A stretch of DNA of 64,000 bases from an uncultured Gammaproteobacteria bacterium (GTDB lineage: Bacteria; Patescibacteriota; Patescibacteriia; Magasanikbacterales; GWA2-37-8): contig CAZBWU010000002.1 of assembly GCA_964496095.1 (NCBI GenBank), positions 79,595 to 143,594 of the forward strand, read 5' to 3'. A program made the position numbers and the translations under genes. The notes under the pieces were generated by a model. That model worked only from the letters and a program-made list of their open reading frames with translations. It had not been told where the DNA came from and searched no databases. The stretch's first letter is position 1. Every line of letters begins with the position of its first letter. This document shows, one piece after another, positions 59,647 to 64,000 of the stretch.

Positions 59647-60591
59647 CTATTTAGCATTAAGATGGCCCCCGTTATCAAGATACCAAGCATACATACTTGA
59701 CAAACCATCCTTCAAAGAAGTTCTAGGATTCCAGCCCAAACTATTTATTCTTTCAGTATCTAAATATCTCCTTGGCGTCCCGTCAGGTTTTGAGGTATCA
59801 AAAACCAACTCCCCCTTAAATCCCACCACTTCTTTCATTGTTTCTGCTAATTCTCGAATTGAAGTCTCAAACCCCGGCCCAATATTGATATGCTCTAGAC
59901 CGTTATAATCATTCATTAACATTACTAAACCCTCAACTAAATCTTCAGAGTAAAGAAAGTCCCTCGTCGGCTTTCCAGTACCCCATATTACCATTTCCTT
60001 GTCTCCCCTCCTCATGGTCTCTACAAACCTTCTCATCATGCCAGGAATTACGTGTGAATTAGTTGGATGAAAATTATCATGTGGACCATAAAGATTAGCA
60101 GGCATAACAGAGATAAAATTATCTCCATATTGCTCTTTATACTTCTTACAAAGCATAAGACTAGCAATCTTAGAGATAGCATACCCTTCATTTGTAGACT
60201 CTAGTGGCCCAGTGAGTAATGATTCCTCTTTCACTGGAATTTCAGCCTGCACAGGATAAATACAAATGCTGCCAAAATTTAATAATTTTTTAACTTGATT
60301 CTGATGAGCGGCATGAATTACATTAAAATTAATCACTAAATTTTCGTAGGTAAAATCTGCCGGGAAGGTTTTGTTGCCCACAATTCCTCCCACCTTCGCG
60401 GCTAAATGAAAAACATATTCCGGCTTTTCTTCTTCAAAAAATTTATTGGTTGCCGTCTGGTCTAAAAGATCTAAATCTTTATGAGATCTTGTAATAATGT
60501 TTACATAACCTTGTTTTTTAAGCTCATTAACAAGCGCTGTACCCACAAGACCTTTATGACCGCTCACATAAATTTTTGCATTTTTTTCCAT
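59647..60591 (-). CDS. fcl: GDP-L-fucose synthase
   Basis: GH.GLVG, AAKVGGI, GS.CIYP, LE.TNE.YAI.K, MP.NLYGP.DNF...SHVIP, KPDGTPR. Confidence 0.93.
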   Translation of the reverse strand: MEKNAKIYVSGHKGLVGTALVNELKKQGYVNIITRSHKDLDLLDQTATNKFFEEEKPEYVFHLAAKVGGIVGNKTFPADFTYENLVINFNVIHAAHQNQVKKLLNFGSICIYPVQAEIPVKEESLLTGPLESTNEGYAISKIASLMLCKKYKEQYGDNFISVMPANLYGPHDNFHPTNSHVIPGMMRRFVETMRRGDKEMVIWGTGKPTRDFLYSEDLVEGLVMLMNDYNGLEHINIGPGFETSIRELAETMKEVVGFKGELVFDTSKPDGTPRRYLDTERINSLGWNPRTSLKDGLSSMYAWYLDNGGHLNAK

Positions 60592-60629
60592 AAAATGAAT
60601 TTATAAAATATAATTTTATAAAAAACTAT

Positions 60630-61682
60630 TTATACCATATAATCCCTACTCAATAACCCCATTTCCTCAAATTCAGCCTCCACCATTAATTTAATCAGGT
60701 CTTCAAATTTTACTTTTGGCTCCCAACCCAAAACTTTTTTCGCTTTACTAAAATCTCCCAACAAAAAATCCACTTCCGTGGGACGGAAATAACGCGGGTC
60801 AATTTCCACTAGCACCTTGCCGCTTTTAGTATCAATACCCTTTTCCTCAATACCTTTCCCCTTCCATTCTATCTCATAACCCAATAAACGAGCGGTGTGT
60901 TCCACAAACTCTCGCACGGTATGAGTTTCACCGGTAGCGATTACATAGTCATCAGGACTTGGCTGTTGTAACATCATCCACATCGCTTCCACATAATCTT
61001 TGGCATACCCCCAATCTCTCTTTGCATCTAAATTTCCTAAATAAATTTTTTCTTGTTTTCCTAATTTTATTTTCGCAAATGCGTTGGTAATTTTCTTTGT
61101 CACAAACGTGCCGCCGCGCCGCGGTGATTCATGATTAAATAAAATACCGTTGCAAATAAACATGTTGTAGGCTTCACGGTAATTTACCGAAATGTGATGA
61201 GCAAAAACCTTGGCACAGGCATATGGACTGCGAGGATTAAACGGCGTGGTTTCGTTTTGGGGTGTGGCCAATACTTTGCCATACATTTCCGAAGATCCAG
61301 CTTGATAATATTTAACCCGCAACTGCTCATTTCTGATCACATCAAGCAATCGTAATGCGCCTAAACCGTCGGCGTCGGCGGTATATTCCGGAATATCAAA
61401 GCTAACCCGGACATGACTCTGAGCCCCGAGATTATACACTTCATCCGGTTGCACTTTTTCCAAGATCCGATTGATATTACTACCATCAGTTAGATCTCCA
61501 TAGTGCAACACCATTTTTAACTCCTGCTCATGAGGATCCTGATAAATATGATCCAAACGAGTAGTATTAAAACTACTGGAACGACGAATTATTCCATGTA
61601 CCTGATACCCCTTACTGATTAAAAATTCTGCTAAATACGAACCATCTTGTCCGGTAATGCCAGTAATTAGGGCTTTTTTCAT
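60630..61682 (-). CDS. gmd: GDP-mannose 4,6-dehydratase
   Basis: [51 protein letters not shown]. Confidence 0.96.
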   Translation of the reverse strand: MKKALITGITGQDGSYLAEFLISKGYQVHGIIRRSSSFNTTRLDHIYQDPHEQELKMVLHYGDLTDGSNINRILEKVQPDEVYNLGAQSHVRVSFDIPEYTADADGLGALRLLDVIRNEQLRVKYYQAGSSEMYGKVLATPQNETTPFNPRSPYACAKVFAHHISVNYREAYNMFICNGILFNHESPRRGGTFVTKKITNAFAKIKLGKQEKIYLGNLDAKRDWGYAKDYVEAMWMMLQQPSPDDYVIATGETHTVREFVEHTARLLGYEIEWKGKGIEEKGIDTKSGKVLVEIDPRYFRPTEVDFLLGDFSKAKKVLGWEPKVKFEDLIKLMVEAEFEEMGLLSRDYMV

Positions 61683-61685
61683 ATA

Positions 61686-61777
61686 CGAAATGAGTGAGGG
61701 AAATAGCCAGTGAGATATTTATAATCGCTTGCGAGTTATAAATATTGAATCTGGATATTTCGGAGTGAATGAGTATA
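61686..61777. repeat. Structured element directly upstream of gmd (long imperfect hairpin flanked by GAAATGAGT/GAATGAGT)
   Basis: GAAATAGCCAG(61700-10) pairs with CTGGATATTTC(61751-61); ATATTTATAA-TCGC-tt-GCGA-g-TTATAAATAT (61715-61745). Confidence 0.65.
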
Positions 61778-61851
61778 TATGAGCCTTAGCCCATATAAAA
61801 ATTTAATAGGTAATCTGCAAGCTATTCAAACTAGTCCTTCAAATCAAACCT

Positions 61852-63906
61852 CTATCTAATTGGGGTTGTAGACAAAATTTGACTAATAATTTCTTGTTGT
61901 GATGAATCAAAAATAATATTATTTTTCTTAGCCAAATCAATAGCTTCTTTCGCTTTATCAATTTTTCCCACTAATTTATACACATAAGCTAACCGCCAAT
62001 AAGTCTCGGCGACTTCAGGCCCGTCTGTAAGAGTTTTTTCTAATAATTTTAAACCATCGTCAACTCTGCCAGTTTGTAAATAAAAATTAGTAATATTGTA
62101 TATGATCTGCTGACGTTTTGGAGAATAAACTAACGCCTCATCTAAATAATTACCGTAGTCTGTGATATATTTTGTATCATTTGTTAAAATGTATCCAATC
62201 TGACTCAACTGACTCAATGTCAGATAATTCCTAATATCATAAGGGTGGAGCGAAACATTTTCTTTTAGGGCTTCAATAGAAATATTAAACAATTCTAAAC
62301 TTTTTTCTTTACTAAGCTTAACACTTGACTGATTGCTCAAAACTTGAGCCGCCGTACGCGACAAGTCACCTCTAATATCGTCTATGTGAGGAGAATTGAA
62401 AGAAATGGCAGACTTCATAAGTTCTATCCCTACTTCAGGTTGCGGAGAGCTTAGATACTTCAATGCTTCTAAGGCTTTCATATTAGCTCTAGCTGGCTGA
62501 ATATTAAAGACAAAAATGACTGCAAAAACCAACAAAGCACTAATAAGTAGGCTACCTGAGCCAACAGGCTTATTCAAGGACACGTTCTGATTTGTATTTT
62601 TTACATCTGGATTAAGAATAATTTCTTTTTTCAAAGAAAAACTTGTTACCATTGCCAACCAAAACATAAAGTAAAGATAGGACGTTGGGTTCTCAAACAC
62701 AGTTACGTTCTGAATTAGATGAGAGACCAAAAAAGCCATACCTAAAACTGTAATATGAATATCTAAAACATTTTTTCTTCTTGCCACAACTAACACCGTT
62801 ATAGCTGTTATAAAAATAATTAGATATAATGTTAAACCTACCAAACCCTGGACGGCTAATGTATTAACTATAACATTATGAGCATTATCAAACCATGTTT
62901 CTCCATAGCCAAACTGCAAGGACTTTGGTTGATAGTACTTATTAAAAGCATAGAAAAAATTATTTGGCCCCCAACCAAAAACAGGCTTTTCTTTCCAACT
63001 TTCTACAGCAGATTCCCAAGCAAGCCAACGAGGACTAGCTTTTATAACCGTAAAGGAAGTTAAAATAGCACGATTAACAGCTGGAATTTTTTGAACAAAC
63101 GCGGATTCTCTGAAATTATAAAGCAAAGCAATTAACACAATGCCCAAAACGACTAACCCACTAAGCACCCTTCTAGTTTTAGGAAAATCACGCAACACAA
63201 TAATATAGCCTAATACAGCAAAACCTGCGCCTACTACGAGACCTAAAATCGAACCACGAGTACCACTAAAAATCATACCTCCAAATGCAAGCAATCCCAT
63301 CAAAACGTACGCCCACTTCCAAATCTTATTGCTTTCTTTGATAAAAAGTAAAAACGATACAAAAATTAAAAATAAACCATATCCCCCAACATAAATAGCA
63401 TTGCCTAATGTGGCAATCACACGACTTGATCCTTGGTTTAGAAGTAAATTTGGATTTAAAACTTGAATTAAACCTATCGACATCACTATTGAACCGGCAA
63501 CCAAAAATACATTCAGGGCTTTTCTCCAATCATCCCAAGTTTTAAGAACTGAACTACAAATAAAATAGTAGGCTACATAGTGAAAAATAGTAAATAGACC
63601 CAACATTCTTTCGTGGTTATCCCAAAAACTATGGTACCAATCAACACCAGTAAAAGTAGAAATAGCAAAACTAATAAAAAAGGCACCCACCGCCAAACTC
63701 AGCCAAGAAAATTTAGGTCGAAATTCCTGCCAATTGATAAATAAAAGCAAAATATAACTGGCAATCATCAGTTCTACCAGAGATCTAAAAACCAAGATTT
63801 TGGGAACGATAAAAGGAAATATAAAAGAGGTCGGAAGCACTAGTAGCGGTACAAAAAATGTAAGATAAATAAAAAACTTAACAGCTTTCACTATATTTTG
63901 CTTCAT
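61852..63906 (-). CDS. O-antigen ligase / O-oligosaccharyltransferase family membrane protein with C-terminal TPR
   Basis: About 12 TM; R..ATLGN, SGTRGS, R...W, PVFGWGP.NF, FDNAHN (Wzy_C); helical TPR-like tail. Confidence 0.87.
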   Translation of the reverse strand: MKQNIVKAVKFFIYLTFFVPLLVLPTSFIFPFIVPKILVFRSLVELMIASYILLLFINWQEFRPKFSWLSLAVGAFFISFAISTFTGVDWYHSFWDNHERMLGLFTIFHYVAYYFICSSVLKTWDDWRKALNVFLVAGSIVMSIGLIQVLNPNLLLNQGSSRVIATLGNAIYVGGYGLFLIFVSFLLFIKESNKIWKWAYVLMGLLAFGGMIFSGTRGSILGLVVGAGFAVLGYIIVLRDFPKTRRVLSGLVVLGIVLIALLYNFRESAFVQKIPAVNRAILTSFTVIKASPRWLAWESAVESWKEKPVFGWGPNNFFYAFNKYYQPKSLQFGYGETWFDNAHNVIVNTLAVQGLVGLTLYLIIFITAITVLVVARRKNVLDIHITVLGMAFLVSHLIQNVTVFENPTSYLYFMFWLAMVTSFSLKKEIILNPDVKNTNQNVSLNKPVGSGSLLISALLVFAVIFVFNIQPARANMKALEALKYLSSPQPEVGIELMKSAISFNSPHIDDIRGDLSRTAAQVLSNQSSVKLSKEKSLELFNISIEALKENVSLHPYDIRNYLTLSQLSQIGYILTNDTKYITDYGNYLDEALVYSPKRQQIIYNITNFYLQTGRVDDGLKLLEKTLTDGPEVAETYWRLAYVYKLVGKIDKAKEAIDLAKKNNIIFDSSQQEIISQILSTTPIR

Positions 63907-64000
63907 ACATTTTAATACTTACAATTAAACAATTTCTAATAGATTGGGCTACAGAAATCTTAAAATTACTTGTATATTCTATCTACTCTAAACTTAAATG

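Noticed and set aside
61700-61761. Integron attC site or JUMPStart/ops element
   Set aside because: It lacks the RYYYAAC/GTTRRRY ends and the GGCGGTAG core, and no integron integrase is present.

Overview
This is an AT-rich bacterial chromosome segment (genetic code 11) with nearly all genes on the minus strand. The gene content, the many orphan proteins, tRNAs without encoded CCA, PilT and small GC-rich palindromic repeats suggest a Patescibacteria/CPR genome (inference). Bases 1-25 kb hold mostly housekeeping and envelope genes: an ECF sigma, a solo Xis/HTH_17 regulator, an amino-acid permease, tRNA-Val/Lys/Gln, murG, a kinase-like ORF, rpoD, dnaG, an AbrB-led MacAB-type ABC exporter, the CCA-adding enzyme, pilT, ftsEX and a 1275-aa phospholipase-C-like surface protein. 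Bases 25-64 kb form a large surface-glycan region: rhamnose genes with an NRS/ER-type enzyme, GT2s, ftsW/rpmA, ugd, fdtAB, methyltransferases, WbuXYZ-type amidotransferase, pseBCFI, wzm/wzt, gmd/fcl and an O-antigen-ligase-family protein. The most notable non-coding signals are as follows. (1) A 10-bp tandem array in which every unit carries a TTGACA -35 box, in front of a solo Xis/BldC-like HTH gene heading wzm-wzt-pse. (2) Three related 24-30 bp palindromes in front of a second solo HTH gene. (3) A 13-bp direct repeat bracketing a 24-kb glycan block. (4) Palindromic micro-repeats inserted in frame into coding genes. (5) Two unannotated gene remnants (PGI/PMI and a collapsed pseF). All functional calls come from motif recognition only; no database searches were run.
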